From a bacterium (GTDB taxonomy: Bacteria; Actinomycetota; Acidimicrobiia; Spongiisociales; ZC4RG35): a stretch of 64,000 bases of DNA. The DNA lies in assembly GCA_024638655.1 (NCBI GenBank), contig JAHEJW010000014.1, positions 6,385 to 70,384 on the forward strand. Direction: 5' to 3'. The notes below the pieces were generated by a model that was not told the DNA's origin, did not search any database, and saw nothing but the letters and a program-made list of their open reading frames with translations. Shown here in pieces: positions 30,569-40,056 of this stretch. Made by a program: the position numbers and the translations under genes. Numbering within the stretch: the stretch's first letter is position 1; every line of letters starts with the position of its first letter.

Positions 30569-31000
30569 ATGGGATTCATGGACACCCTCAAGAAGATGTT
30601 CGGGAGCGCCAAGGAAGCCGCAGCCGACGCTGCCGAGAAGGCCGGGCCACTGGTCGACAAGGCCAAAGAAGCCGCCACCGATGCCGCCCACAAGGCTGAG
30701 CCTTACATGGAAAAGGCCAAGGAAGCCGCTACCGAGGCAGGCAAGAAGGCCAAGGAGGCAGCGGCCGGAGCTGCCGAGAAGGCCGAGCCCCTGGTCGACA
30801 AGGCGAAGGAGCGCGCTGGAGAGGCTATCGAGTCGGTGAAGAGCCGCGCAGCCGAGACAGCGGAAAGCGCGGCCGACAAGGCGGCGACCGCAGCGGATGC
30901 GGTCAAGGACGCCGCCGACCAGGCGGCGGAAGCGGCTGAGGAAGCCAAGGACGCCGCCAAATCCGCGGCCGAGGAGGCCAAAGAGGCCACCGAGAGCTGA
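30569..31000 (+). CDS. A/K/E-rich repeat protein (LEA-like/stress-protein-like)
   Basis: MGFMDTLKKMFG then 18-aa repeats AAxDAAEKAxPLVDKAKE; AGGAAG RBS. Confidence 0.7.
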   Translation: MGFMDTLKKMFGSAKEAAADAAEKAGPLVDKAKEAATDAAHKAEPYMEKAKEAATEAGKKAKEAAAGAAEKAEPLVDKAKERAGEAIESVKSRAAETAESAADKAATAADAVKDAADQAAEAAEEAKDAAKSAAEEAKEATES

Positions 31001-31043
31001 CCTCGGGTGGGATCGTCGGTGCCCTGTCGATAACGTTGCAGAC

Positions 31044-32225
31044 GTGAAACGCGTCTCAAATCGACTGACCCGGATCCCAGGCTCGGCCACGATGGCCATC
31101 AGTGGGCGGGCACGCGAACTTCGTTCCGAGGGCCGCGACGTGATCTCGTTTGGCGCTGGCGAGCCCGACTTCCCGACTCCTGAGCACATCGTCGCAGCAG
31201 CCGCCCGAGCTGCACACGACCCGGCCAACCACAAGTACAGCGCCAATCAGGGGCTTCCCCCGGTGCGCGCCGCAATCGCCGCCTACACCAAGGACTTCTC
31301 GGGAATCGACGTCGATCCGACCCAGGTGGTGGTGACGAACGGGGCAAAGCAGGCGGTGTTCCAGTCGTTCGCCGCTCTCGTGGACGAGGGCGACGAGGTC
31401 CTGCTGCCCTCACCCTATTGGGTGACATATCCAGCCGGGATCGAGCTTGCTGGTGGCAAGGCCGTGACGATCCCCACCACTCCCGAGAGTGGGTTCAAGG
31501 TCAGCGTCGACGAGCTCGAAGCGGCGCGCTCCGACCGCACGGTGGCTCTGGTCTTCGTTTCGCCCTCCAACCCGACCGGCGCCGTGTACGACGCCGATGA
31601 GGCGCGAGAAATCGGTGAGTGGGCAAGGGACAATCAGATATGGGTAATCGCCGACGAGATATACCAGCGTCTGGTATACGACGGTTCCGACGTCGCAGCG
31701 TCGATCGTCTCGTCGACCTCCCGATTCGAGAACTGGATCGTGGTGAACGGCGTAGCCAAGTCTTTCGCCATGACGGGCTGGCGGGTCGGCTGGATGATCG
31801 GTCCAGAGGACATCATGGCCGCAGCCGCCCGGCTCCAATCCCATGCGACGTCGAATGTCGCCAACATCTGCCAACAGGCGGCTCTGGCTGCCTTGCGCGG
31901 GCCACAAGAAACGGTCGACGAGATGCGAGAGGCCTTCGATTCGCGCCGCAAGCTCATGTACGAGATGATCGGGGACATACCCGGGGTCTCGTGTGTCGAG
32001 CCTCTCGGCGCGTTCTATGTGTTTCCCGACGTCAGAGAGATACTCACCGATGAAGTGCCCACCACCGCCAGGTTGGGGGAAGCCCTCATCGAGGAGGCAG
32101 GCGTCGCCGTGGTTCCCGGCGAGTCCTTTGGCGCTCCCGGGTTCATACGCCTGTCTTATGCGTTGGGCGAGCCGGACATCGAGCGGGGGATCACCCGCAT
32201 TGGTGAGATGATCGCAAGCCTCTGA
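31044..32225 (+). CDS. PLP-dependent aminotransferase class I/II (aspartate aminotransferase-like)
   Basis: GAGEPDF.TP, GAKQA, PYWVTY, SPSNPTG, DEIY, AKSFAMTGWRVG, IRLSYA. Confidence 0.92.
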   Translation: MKRVSNRLTRIPGSATMAISGRARELRSEGRDVISFGAGEPDFPTPEHIVAAAARAAHDPANHKYSANQGLPPVRAAIAAYTKDFSGIDVDPTQVVVTNGAKQAVFQSFAALVDEGDEVLLPSPYWVTYPAGIELAGGKAVTIPTTPESGFKVSVDELEAARSDRTVALVFVSPSNPTGAVYDADEAREIGEWARDNQIWVIADEIYQRLVYDGSDVAASIVSSTSRFENWIVVNGVAKSFAMTGWRVGWMIGPEDIMAAAARLQSHATSNVANICQQAALAALRGPQETVDEMREAFDSRRKLMYEMIGDIPGVSCVEPLGAFYVFPDVREILTDEVPTTARLGEALIEEAGVAVVPGESFGAPGFIRLSYALGEPDIERGITRIGEMIASL

Positions 32226-32247
32226 GCCAGGTTTACACTCGCCACAG

Positions 32248-33324
32248 ATGCAGGAAGGCACCAAAGCAAGGGCGATGCTGTTGGTGGAGCCCCGTCACTT
32301 CTCCGACACGACGGTCTCCGCCCCGGGCGTCGAAGAAGGTGGATGGCTGGCGGTCGAGGCCACCGGCATTTCCGGATCCGACGTCCAGGTGTGGAAGGGT
32401 GAGGCGCGGGATGCCGTCTACCCCCTGGTCCCCGGTCATGAGGTGGTCGGGCGAATCGCGGTCAAAGGCCCCAACGTGCCCTTCGAGGTGGGAACCCGTG
32501 TTGTGGTGGAGCCGAGGATCCGATGCGGCACGTGCCGACGCTGCCAGCAGGACCTGGCTACCTGCGTCAGCAGGAAGCCGTCCAACTCCTACGGGCTGAT
32601 CCCCTCCACCGTGCCACCCGGATTGTGGGGGGGCCTCGCTGAGTATCTCTATCTGGACCCGAGGGCGAACATGCATCCTGTCACGGACGATGTGCCCGCC
32701 GAGGTTGCCACATTCGTGCATCCTCTCGCATCCGGCCACACCTGGGCGGTCGAGCTTCCCGCGTTGCGGGAGGGCGAGGGGGTCCTCATCCTCGGCCCGG
32801 GCCCACGAGGTCTCGCTTGCCTGATTGCGGCGAAGGCCGCCGGGGCAGGTTGGGTCGGGATGACCGGGTTGTCTCACGACAGAGATCGATTGGACTTGGC
32901 TTCCCAACTCGGCGCAGATCTGACCATCGACGTAGAGCAGGCCGACGTTGCCGGGGAGATCGCCAACTCGTTGGGTCGGAGGCCGGACGTGGTCATCGAT
33001 GTCACCTCCGACGATCCCGAGGCCGTCTTCACCGCTCTCGACCTCGTTCGGAGTGGGGGGAGGGTCACTCTCGCCTCCACGAAGGGCAACCGCGCCTTCC
33101 ATTTCCTCTCCGACGTCATCGTCGCCAAACAGCTCACGCTTCGTGGCGCGGTGGGAGCCTCAGGAGTGGGGTACCAATGGGCGACCGAGCAGTTGGGCCT
33201 GGACCCCAGAATCGACGACCTCGTATCTCATCAGTTCCCCCTCACCGAGGCGTCGCGCGCGCTGCAGGCCGCGGCCGGGCTCCTCGGTCGGGAGGAGCTC
33301 ATATCGGTGGCAGTCACGTTCTGA
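32248..33324 (+). CDS. Zinc-binding alcohol dehydrogenase (MDR) family protein
   Basis: GISGSD, PGHEVVG, CGTCRRC...C, GPGPRG. Confidence 0.85.
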   Translation: MQEGTKARAMLLVEPRHFSDTTVSAPGVEEGGWLAVEATGISGSDVQVWKGEARDAVYPLVPGHEVVGRIAVKGPNVPFEVGTRVVVEPRIRCGTCRRCQQDLATCVSRKPSNSYGLIPSTVPPGLWGGLAEYLYLDPRANMHPVTDDVPAEVATFVHPLASGHTWAVELPALREGEGVLILGPGPRGLACLIAAKAAGAGWVGMTGLSHDRDRLDLASQLGADLTIDVEQADVAGEIANSLGRRPDVVIDVTSDDPEAVFTALDLVRSGGRVTLASTKGNRAFHFLSDVIVAKQLTLRGAVGASGVGYQWATEQLGLDPRIDDLVSHQFPLTEASRALQAAAGLLGREELISVAVTF

Positions 33325-33337
33325 GCCCGGGCTGACA

Positions 33338-34618
33338 TTGGCTTCGCCCGAGCCGGGACCGAGCAGGATCTCCGTCGCTTCCTGGGTCACCTACGACCTG
33401 GCCAACACGATCTTCGCCCTCGGCGTCGTCGGGGTCTACTTCTCCGACTGGCTCGTCACCAACGGGTTGAGGGACAGCGCCCTGTCCTTAGTCCAGGTGG
33501 GCGCAGCGGCGATCGTGATCTTCGCGGCTCCCTGGGTAGGTGCGCGAAGTGACAGCCGGGGGAAGAGGGTGCCTGCCCTGGTAGTCACGACATTGGCCGC
33601 GGTGGGCGCGACCACTCTCTTGGCCGTAGGACCGGTGGTCTTGACCCTTGTCATGCTGTGGGTCGCCATCATTGCCGTCAACATCGGCTCCGTCGTCTAC
33701 GACGCCCTCCTCGTCGACGTGAGCACCCCTTCGACCAGGGGCTGGGTGTCCGGGCTGGGCGTGGGAATCGGATACTTCGGCTCGTTCGTTGGCCTGGGCA
33801 TCGGAGTGTTGACCCTCGACTTGCTGGGGTGGTCACATGCGGCGACATTTCGCACGCTGGCGCTGGGGTTCCTGCTCTTCGCTCTGCCGGCGTTCTTCCT
33901 GATCGAGGAACGCCACGGGTCTTCGTCCGAACCCTTGCCCCGGCTGAGGGACGTGATGGCCGGCCTGTTTCGCTCCTGGCGCACAGCGGCGGGTTACGAA
34001 GGGGTCACCCGGTTCCTCCTGGGCAGGTTCCTCTACACCGACGCCATCAACACCCTGATCGGCGGCTTCCTTGCCCTGTTCGTCCTCCAGGAGCTGGATC
34101 TGGACCGAACGTTCTTCACGACACTCATGGCCATCGCTATAACAGCGGCCATAGCCGGCGGCCTGGGCGCAGGGAGGCTGATCGCAAGATACGGGCCAAT
34201 GGGGGTACTCCGTTGGGCTCTGGTTGTCTGGGCGATCGCAATGGCCTCAGGAATCGCCGCCGCAGTCACCGATCGAACCTGGCTGGCGTGGGTAATAGGG
34301 CCACTCGGTGGTGTCGCCCTGGGAGCCACTTGGGCTTCTGATCGGGTGGTTATGGCGCGGGTGTCACCACCCCGTCACCTCGGAGAGTTCTACGGGCTGT
34401 ACGCCACCGTCGGCCGCTTCGCGACGATTGCCGGACCGCTCGTGTGGGCCTTGATAGTGGACTCCCTGGGGTTGGGTCGTAATTTCGCAATGGGAGCACT
34501 CGGCGGATTCGTGGTCGCGGGTTGGTGGGTGCTCCGCAAGGTGGATGATCGTGAGAGAGATTGGGCCGACGAAGACCGGTTGCCCGTCAATGAAACCCGC
34601 GGGCTGTACCCGAGATGA
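33338..34618 (+). CDS. MFS transporter (Atg22/UMF1 family)
   Basis: WVTYDLANTIF, VYDALL, SGLGVGIGYFGS, FLYTDAINT, GEFYGLY..GRF..GP. Confidence 0.85.
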   Translation: MASPEPGPSRISVASWVTYDLANTIFALGVVGVYFSDWLVTNGLRDSALSLVQVGAAAIVIFAAPWVGARSDSRGKRVPALVVTTLAAVGATTLLAVGPVVLTLVMLWVAIIAVNIGSVVYDALLVDVSTPSTRGWVSGLGVGIGYFGSFVGLGIGVLTLDLLGWSHAATFRTLALGFLLFALPAFFLIEERHGSSSEPLPRLRDVMAGLFRSWRTAAGYEGVTRFLLGRFLYTDAINTLIGGFLALFVLQELDLDRTFFTTLMAIAITAAIAGGLGAGRLIARYGPMGVLRWALVVWAIAMASGIAAAVTDRTWLAWVIGPLGGVALGATWASDRVVMARVSPPRHLGEFYGLYATVGRFATIAGPLVWALIVDSLGLGRNFAMGALGGFVVAGWWVLRKVDDRERDWADEDRLPVNETRGLYPR

Positions 34619-35570
34619 GGTGGTGCTCGACCGCATAAGGGATGGGAAGATCCCGCACCTCGCTCGGACCCCTCACGACGCGCCGCCCGATTTCTGCGAA
34701 CCAGGTGTCGTTGGCGAAAGGCCACGGCCAGGCGCGTATACCGACACGAGCCCCGACAACGGCGCCCACGAATGCACCCAGGGCGCTCCCGCCCAGACGC
34801 GCGGCCTCTTCGATGGCCCGGTGGGGCATTTCGAGCATTGGGGCGGCTAGCAACAGACCGGCCACTGCAATCTTGAAGGGATCTCCTTCGACCCCACCTA
34901 CCACCCTGGCCGCTGCGTCGGCCGTGGTCACACCGACATGCTCGATCGCATCGTGGAGCTCTTGTTCGACGCCTTCGAGACGATCCAGGGCGAAAGTCCC
35001 CGCCCCGAGGTCTGCGGCGGCGCCCAGGACCGCTTCCGACACGCCGGCGACGAAATCACGGCCCGACTGACCAAAAGCTGCAGCGGCCACGGATGATGCA
35101 CCGATGACACCGGTGAGGATGCTTCCCGCGTCGGTCGAGAACATCCTGGAGAGATCGACAGAGCTGCGAACGACCTCATCTGCATCCCTTCGAAATGCTG
35201 CGCCGACCGGACAAGCCCTGACCAAGTTCTCTACCGACGGGTCTCCAGAAGGCACCCGTGACCCGGCGGCCGACCGATCGAGCCAGGACCGGAATTCCGA
35301 GGTTTCTGCGCGATAGACCGCCTCGCCATCGGAGCCGTCCATCTCCAGCAATGCCGAAGAGAGCATCTCCGGCCGGATCGAGGGACCTTCGATCAGGTGA
35401 TAGGAGATGACGGTGGCTTGCTCTGTGAATGCGGAGTACCCGAGCTTCCAGGCGCCGCCTGCTGTATCCCCGGCTGCCAATCCGAGCATGAAACCATCCC
35501 CCTCACCGGAGACGAGGGAGAACAGAGGGCCGTCGCCCTCTCCCTGGTCTGGCGACGGCGGCTCGATCAT
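34587..35570 (-). CDS. ADP-ribosylglycohydrolase-fold protein (degenerate active site)
   Basis: GFMLGLAAGDTAG and GAFVGAVVGARVG match ARH helices; metal-binding TDDT and DxDT motifs absent. Confidence 0.65.
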   Translation of the reverse strand: MIEPPSPDQGEGDGPLFSLVSGEGDGFMLGLAAGDTAGGAWKLGYSAFTEQATVISYHLIEGPSIRPEMLSSALLEMDGSDGEAVYRAETSEFRSWLDRSAAGSRVPSGDPSVENLVRACPVGAAFRRDADEVVRSSVDLSRMFSTDAGSILTGVIGASSVAAAAFGQSGRDFVAGVSEAVLGAAADLGAGTFALDRLEGVEQELHDAIEHVGVTTADAAARVVGGVEGDPFKIAVAGLLLAAPMLEMPHRAIEEAARLGGSALGAFVGAVVGARVGIRAWPWPFANDTWFAEIGRRVVRGPSEVRDLPIPYAVEHHLISGTARGFH

Positions 35571-35604
35571 GGGGGGGAGGGTACATATGTACGCTGCACC
35601 TCCA

Positions 35605-36525
35605 ATGGATCGAATAGTGGTGATTGCCAACCCGATCGCCTCCCAATTCACTGGTGGCACTCACCGCGACGTGATGTCGACGCTCGCCAAGAGCCACGAT
35701 GTCGAAGCTGTCTGGCCGGCCGATGCCGCCGAGACTTCGCTCGCCGCCGCCCAGGCCGCCCGGGCCGGGGCCTCTGTCGTCGTGGCCATGGGAGGCGACG
35801 GCATGGTGCATCACGTGAGTCAGGGGCTCGTGGGAACGTACAGCACCTTGGGGATCATCCCGGTGGGAACGACCAATGTCGTGGCGAGACTGTTGGGGGT
35901 CCCGTTCCGGGCGTCCAAGGCCGTCAAGCTGATCGATCGCGCAGCTGGAGCATTGCCCATGGGCATGGTCAGGCTGACCCTCCGGCGGGGCACCACCAAC
36001 ACCACCCACCACGCCGCTTTCGCCGCCGGGTTTGGCCTGGATGCCGAAGTGGTCGTCGAAGCCGATCGTGACCCCTACCGTAAGTACCGGTTCGGCTCTA
36101 TCCACTATGCCCGGACGGCGCTACGCATCGGGCTTGGCCGTTTTCCCTCCCGCAAACCCCACCTCACCATCACGTCGGGAACCCGATCGGCCATGGCGAC
36201 TGCGGCGCTGATCCAATTCCGCGGGGTCTACACCTATTTCGGGCGTATCCCCCTTCGTGTCGATCGTGCCGAGCCATCACCGATGACCGTCATGTCCATG
36301 AACCGTCTCCGCCGTCGTCACATCCCCCGGATCCTGATCGGGGCGATCGGCCGCAAGGGTCTCGGGTCGGTACCTGGTGTCGAGGTGTGGCACGGGGTCT
36401 CAAGCCTCGAGATGACTGCCGACCCACCCGTGGCGGCTCAAGCGGATGGGGAGGCTCTGGGACTCGTCGACGGTGCCACTGCCGAGTGGGTTCCCGATGC
36501 CCTTCGGGTGATCGGGGGGCGCTGA
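35605..36525 (+). CDS. Diacylglycerol/lipid kinase family protein
   Basis: VIANP, GGDG, LGIIPVGTTNVVAR, GFGLDA, QADGE. Confidence 0.88.
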   Translation: MDRIVVIANPIASQFTGGTHRDVMSTLAKSHDVEAVWPADAAETSLAAAQAARAGASVVVAMGGDGMVHHVSQGLVGTYSTLGIIPVGTTNVVARLLGVPFRASKAVKLIDRAAGALPMGMVRLTLRRGTTNTTHHAAFAAGFGLDAEVVVEADRDPYRKYRFGSIHYARTALRIGLGRFPSRKPHLTITSGTRSAMATAALIQFRGVYTYFGRIPLRVDRAEPSPMTVMSMNRLRRRHIPRILIGAIGRKGLGSVPGVEVWHGVSSLEMTADPPVAAQADGEALGLVDGATAEWVPDALRVIGGR

Positions 36526-36528
36526 AAC

Positions 36529-37338
36529 TCAGCTCCGCTGGTGAATGGTGAGTTGAGGAAAGGGGATGGTGATTCCCTCCGACTCGAATCGCTTCTTGAC
36601 CCTTCGCAACGCTTCGCGTCTGACGGTCCACCTCTCATCTGCCACAGTCGTCATCCTCATCCGAATCGTGACGGCGGAGTCGCCAAGCTCCTGAACACCG
36701 AACACCTCGACCTCGCCCTTGATTCGATCGCTCCACTCGGGATCAGCGGCCAGTACCTCCAACTCGTCCTTCATGACCTGAAGGGCCCGATCAACGTCGG
36801 TGTCGTAGGCGACACCTACGTCGATGACCGGTTGGGCGAATAGGTTGGTGTAGTTGGTGGAGACTGTGATATGCCCGTTCGGGACGAAATGGACGCTGCC
36901 TTCCTGGTCTCGCAACACGGTCACCCTCAGCTGAATGTCCTCGACGACCCCGGTCGCCCCTGCGATGCTCACCACATCTCCCACCCGGAACTGATCCTCG
37001 ACCAAGATGAAGAAGCCACCGATCACGTCTTTGACCAGGTCCTGGGCCCCAAATCCGATCGCGGCGGCCACTGCGGTACCCACCGCCAGGAATGGAGCCA
37101 ACCCGATCCCCCACACCTGGAGGAGAGCGAGGCCCGCCGTGACGACGACGGCGACCATGACCAGCCGGCGCGCCACGACCCAGAGCGTTCGCACCCTGTC
37201 GGCGGTCTCAGGGCCGCGTTCCTTCACCCTTCCGACGACCCTGCGGCCAAACCTGGTCGCGAGCAGATAGAGGACTGCGGCCACCACCACGACGATCGCG
37301 GTACCGATCAAACGATCGGCGACACTCATCTCATCCAT
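36529..37338 (-). CDS. mscS: Small-conductance mechanosensitive channel
   Basis: GFGAQDLVKDVIGGFFILVEDQFRVGDVV, GVVEDIQLRVT, VPNG, GITIPFPQ. Confidence 0.92.
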   Translation of the reverse strand: MDEMSVADRLIGTAIVVVVAAVLYLLATRFGRRVVGRVKERGPETADRVRTLWVVARRLVMVAVVVTAGLALLQVWGIGLAPFLAVGTAVAAAIGFGAQDLVKDVIGGFFILVEDQFRVGDVVSIAGATGVVEDIQLRVTVLRDQEGSVHFVPNGHITVSTNYTNLFAQPVIDVGVAYDTDVDRALQVMKDELEVLAADPEWSDRIKGEVEVFGVQELGDSAVTIRMRMTTVADERWTVRREALRRVKKRFESEGITIPFPQLTIHQRS

Positions 37339-37349
37339 CGGCAAGCAGG

Positions 37350-38552
37350 TTAAACACCCATCCTCGTGCGAACCGCGGCGGCAGATATCGAGAGGTCTGT
37401 GACCAGCGCCAAGGCCGAGGCGCGAGCTCTCAGGATCTCCCGCACCTGCCCGAGCACTCGGTCCGAGATCGCGGCCCCCCATGCGGCATCACCGACTTTG
37501 TCTGAGAGATTGCCTACGCCCGGGGCGGTTGCCCCGCCGTCTGGCTTCCCTCTCACATCCTCGACGAGTTGCTGGATCTCTATCGGCACTCTGGCAGCGG
37601 CCGACCGCAACCGCTGACCGGTGACTGCTCCAACCTCGTTCGAGAGACCCTCGACGAAAGCGACGAGGCGGTCGCTCGCTTCGTTCTCCTTGTTCATCAC
37701 TATCGCTCGTGTGACCTCCTCGGTCACGGCTGAGGCTCGAGCTTCGTAGTCCAGATTCGATGGCCCGAGTGCGCCAATCAGGCTGGAAGCGGTTTCCTGG
37801 AGATCGACCAAGGCTCTGGCAATCACACCCGAGCTCCTTCTCGACCTCAACTCGTCGATGAGCTCCACGATTCCGCTGGGTGGGCCCGATCGAGGCGCTG
37901 CGGCCGTTGGTCGGACGGTGGGTGACTCCATACCGTCGTCGACCAATGCCCGGTGGAAGTCGGACAGCACCATGGTCCTGGTCTCACCGGAGAGACGATC
38001 TGCCTGGTTCAAGACGAACAGGAAACGGCCTGAATGTGCCAAGAGGGGTCGCAGGTAGTCGTGATGCAGCGAGGAGTCGCGGTACTTCTCCGGGTCGACG
38101 ACCCAGACGATCACATCGAGATGGGGAACCAGTGTCTCCACTTGCAGCCGATGGCCGAGCTCGACGCTATCGGTGTCAGGCAGATCGATCAGGCACAGCC
38201 AGTCCGGCATCTCCGTTGACGCCACGTCCTCGACACCGAGGTCGTTGAAGTACCCCCGGACCTGTCTCGACGAGCGGGCACTGAGCACCGCCAGAGGTCG
38301 GTCGGTGGTGGGTCTCAGACCACCCACGACTGCGACCTCAGACCCGGCGATCGCGTTGACCAGGCTGGACTTGCCCGATCCAGTGCCGCCGGCGAACCCG
38401 ACCAGGAGAAGATCCTCCGGATAGTCGAGACGACGGCGCAGCATGGACGCTGCCCGTGCGATCGGTGCCGTTATCGAATCGTCGGCGAGCAGTGATGCCG
38501 CCGCAACCGCCAGGTCTGCCTTCTCCAGGAGCCCGGCGATGGAGTCAGGCAT
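37350..38552 (-). CDS. Dynamin-like/Era-like GTPase
   Basis: GGTGSGKSS, RPTT, DLPD, DPEKY, LNQAD. Confidence 0.8.
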   Translation of the reverse strand: MPDSIAGLLEKADLAVAAASLLADDSITAPIARAASMLRRRLDYPEDLLLVGFAGGTGSGKSSLVNAIAGSEVAVVGGLRPTTDRPLAVLSARSSRQVRGYFNDLGVEDVASTEMPDWLCLIDLPDTDSVELGHRLQVETLVPHLDVIVWVVDPEKYRDSSLHHDYLRPLLAHSGRFLFVLNQADRLSGETRTMVLSDFHRALVDDGMESPTVRPTAAAPRSGPPSGIVELIDELRSRRSSGVIARALVDLQETASSLIGALGPSNLDYEARASAVTEEVTRAIVMNKENEASDRLVAFVEGLSNEVGAVTGQRLRSAAARVPIEIQQLVEDVRGKPDGGATAPGVGNLSDKVGDAAWGAAISDRVLGQVREILRARASALALVTDLSISAAAVRTRMGV

Positions 38553-40017
38553 CAGCGAAGTGGGACCTCACGATGAGGCTCGAAGCCGCCATCCTCAATC
38601 GCTTCGCATCTCTCTTGTCGAAAGGCAGCCCGTTGACGCTCTCGAAAATGCTCCGCGCCGTCGAGTCGTAGATCGGCTCGATATGTCCCTCGAGAGACGC
38701 CCTCGCACGCGACAGAAGCGACGGGTCGTCGAAAAGGTGGTCGAATGCTGGCGTCCGCTGCCCACGGACGGAGGCGTCGGCGAGGACGAGAGCACCAAGA
38801 CGTCTCCCGACTATGCGGTTGGAGGCGGCGACATCGAAGAGCTCCTCGAGCCATATTGCCGCCGCGCGACCGGTCATAGTGCGAGCTTCGGCGACCACCT
38901 CCGCCTCTAGGCTTCGCTTATCTCCGGCTGCGAGTCTTCGCAGGTCGGCTTCGACGAGGGCAGCCAAACGCCGGGCTCCACGCGAACGGACCATCTCCCA
39001 ACGATCGCGCCCGACGCGATTGCGCCAACGCCAACCGGGGCGGCGCATCGGGCTGTCGGGTAGGTCGGTGGTTGGCAGACCGTCGAACAGGGAGGCAAGT
39101 TCGAGGTGTCCCACTGCCCGGCGAAACGAGGTGCGGGTCTTCTGCTCGTGTTCTCCGAAGCCCTCGACCGCGGTTTCCAGACCGTCGGCAAGAGTCATCA
39201 CCTCCCTCGCCGTCGAGTTCATCACTCGCTCCAGGATCCCCTGACGCGTCGTGTCGATATCGGCGACGAGTCCCACAATCCTTCTCTGCAGCTCCCTGAC
39301 GGCGATGGACGGCACGTGATGGATGTTTGCGGCGACGTGGTGCTCGGCTACCCGGATGATGTCGGATTCCAAGCCCTGGTTCCGCAGCCGGGCCCCGAAG
39401 TCCGTGACCGCGGCCGCAGACGAAGGCGTTATCCGGTTGAGCACATGGATCACGGGTGCACCTCGCGAAACGGCACGCCTGAGGACCTCCCAGGGGACGA
39501 GGTCGGAGTACCTGAGCACCGACGTCACGAACACCACGATGTCGGCGTTGTCGATGAGTATCTCTGCGGTGGCGCGGTTCTGTGCGGATGTGGAGTCGAT
39601 GTCTGGAGTGTCCACGAGAGCAACATCCGAGAGGATGGGTGCGCCACCCACCACCACTTCACATACAACCCCGGAGATTTGCTCGAAAGCGGAAGCATGC
39701 TGAGAGGAGGACATGACCAAGGGCCCTCTGGTCGTTGGTCTGAGTGGCCCGGTCTCAGAAATGTCCATGCCCGCCAGGGTGTTCACCAAGGTCGACTTCC
39801 CCGAGCCCGTCGGCCCGGCAAAGACCACCGTGAGAGGCACCTCATCACCGCTCACGCGTGGGATCAGGTATGAGCTGATCGAACGGGTGAGACGATCTCT
39901 GACGGCGGCGAGGCCAGGGATCACCTGGTTGCCAGACTCCAGTTCCAGGGCCTCCAAAGCAACAGCTACGAGACCTAGATCGTCAACCAGTCTGCGGTTT
40001 TCCTCCAGAGGGAGCAC
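38545..40017 (-). CDS. Dynamin-like GTPase
   Basis: GPTGSGKST, RPTT, DTPDIDS, FVTS..RY.D.VPW, LNR; helical C-terminus; overlaps next GTPase. Confidence 0.8.
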   Translation of the reverse strand: MLPLEENRRLVDDLGLVAVALEALELESGNQVIPGLAAVRDRLTRSISSYLIPRVSGDEVPLTVVFAGPTGSGKSTLVNTLAGMDISETGPLRPTTRGPLVMSSSQHASAFEQISGVVCEVVVGGAPILSDVALVDTPDIDSTSAQNRATAEILIDNADIVVFVTSVLRYSDLVPWEVLRRAVSRGAPVIHVLNRITPSSAAAVTDFGARLRNQGLESDIIRVAEHHVAANIHHVPSIAVRELQRRIVGLVADIDTTRQGILERVMNSTAREVMTLADGLETAVEGFGEHEQKTRTSFRRAVGHLELASLFDGLPTTDLPDSPMRRPGWRWRNRVGRDRWEMVRSRGARRLAALVEADLRRLAAGDKRSLEAEVVAEARTMTGRAAAIWLEELFDVAASNRIVGRRLGALVLADASVRGQRTPAFDHLFDDPSLLSRARASLEGHIEPIYDSTARSIFESVNGLPFDKRDAKRLRMAASSLIVRSHFADA

Positions 40018-40056
40018 AATCGCGATTGTGGCACGGACGATGGTTCAATCGCTGAT

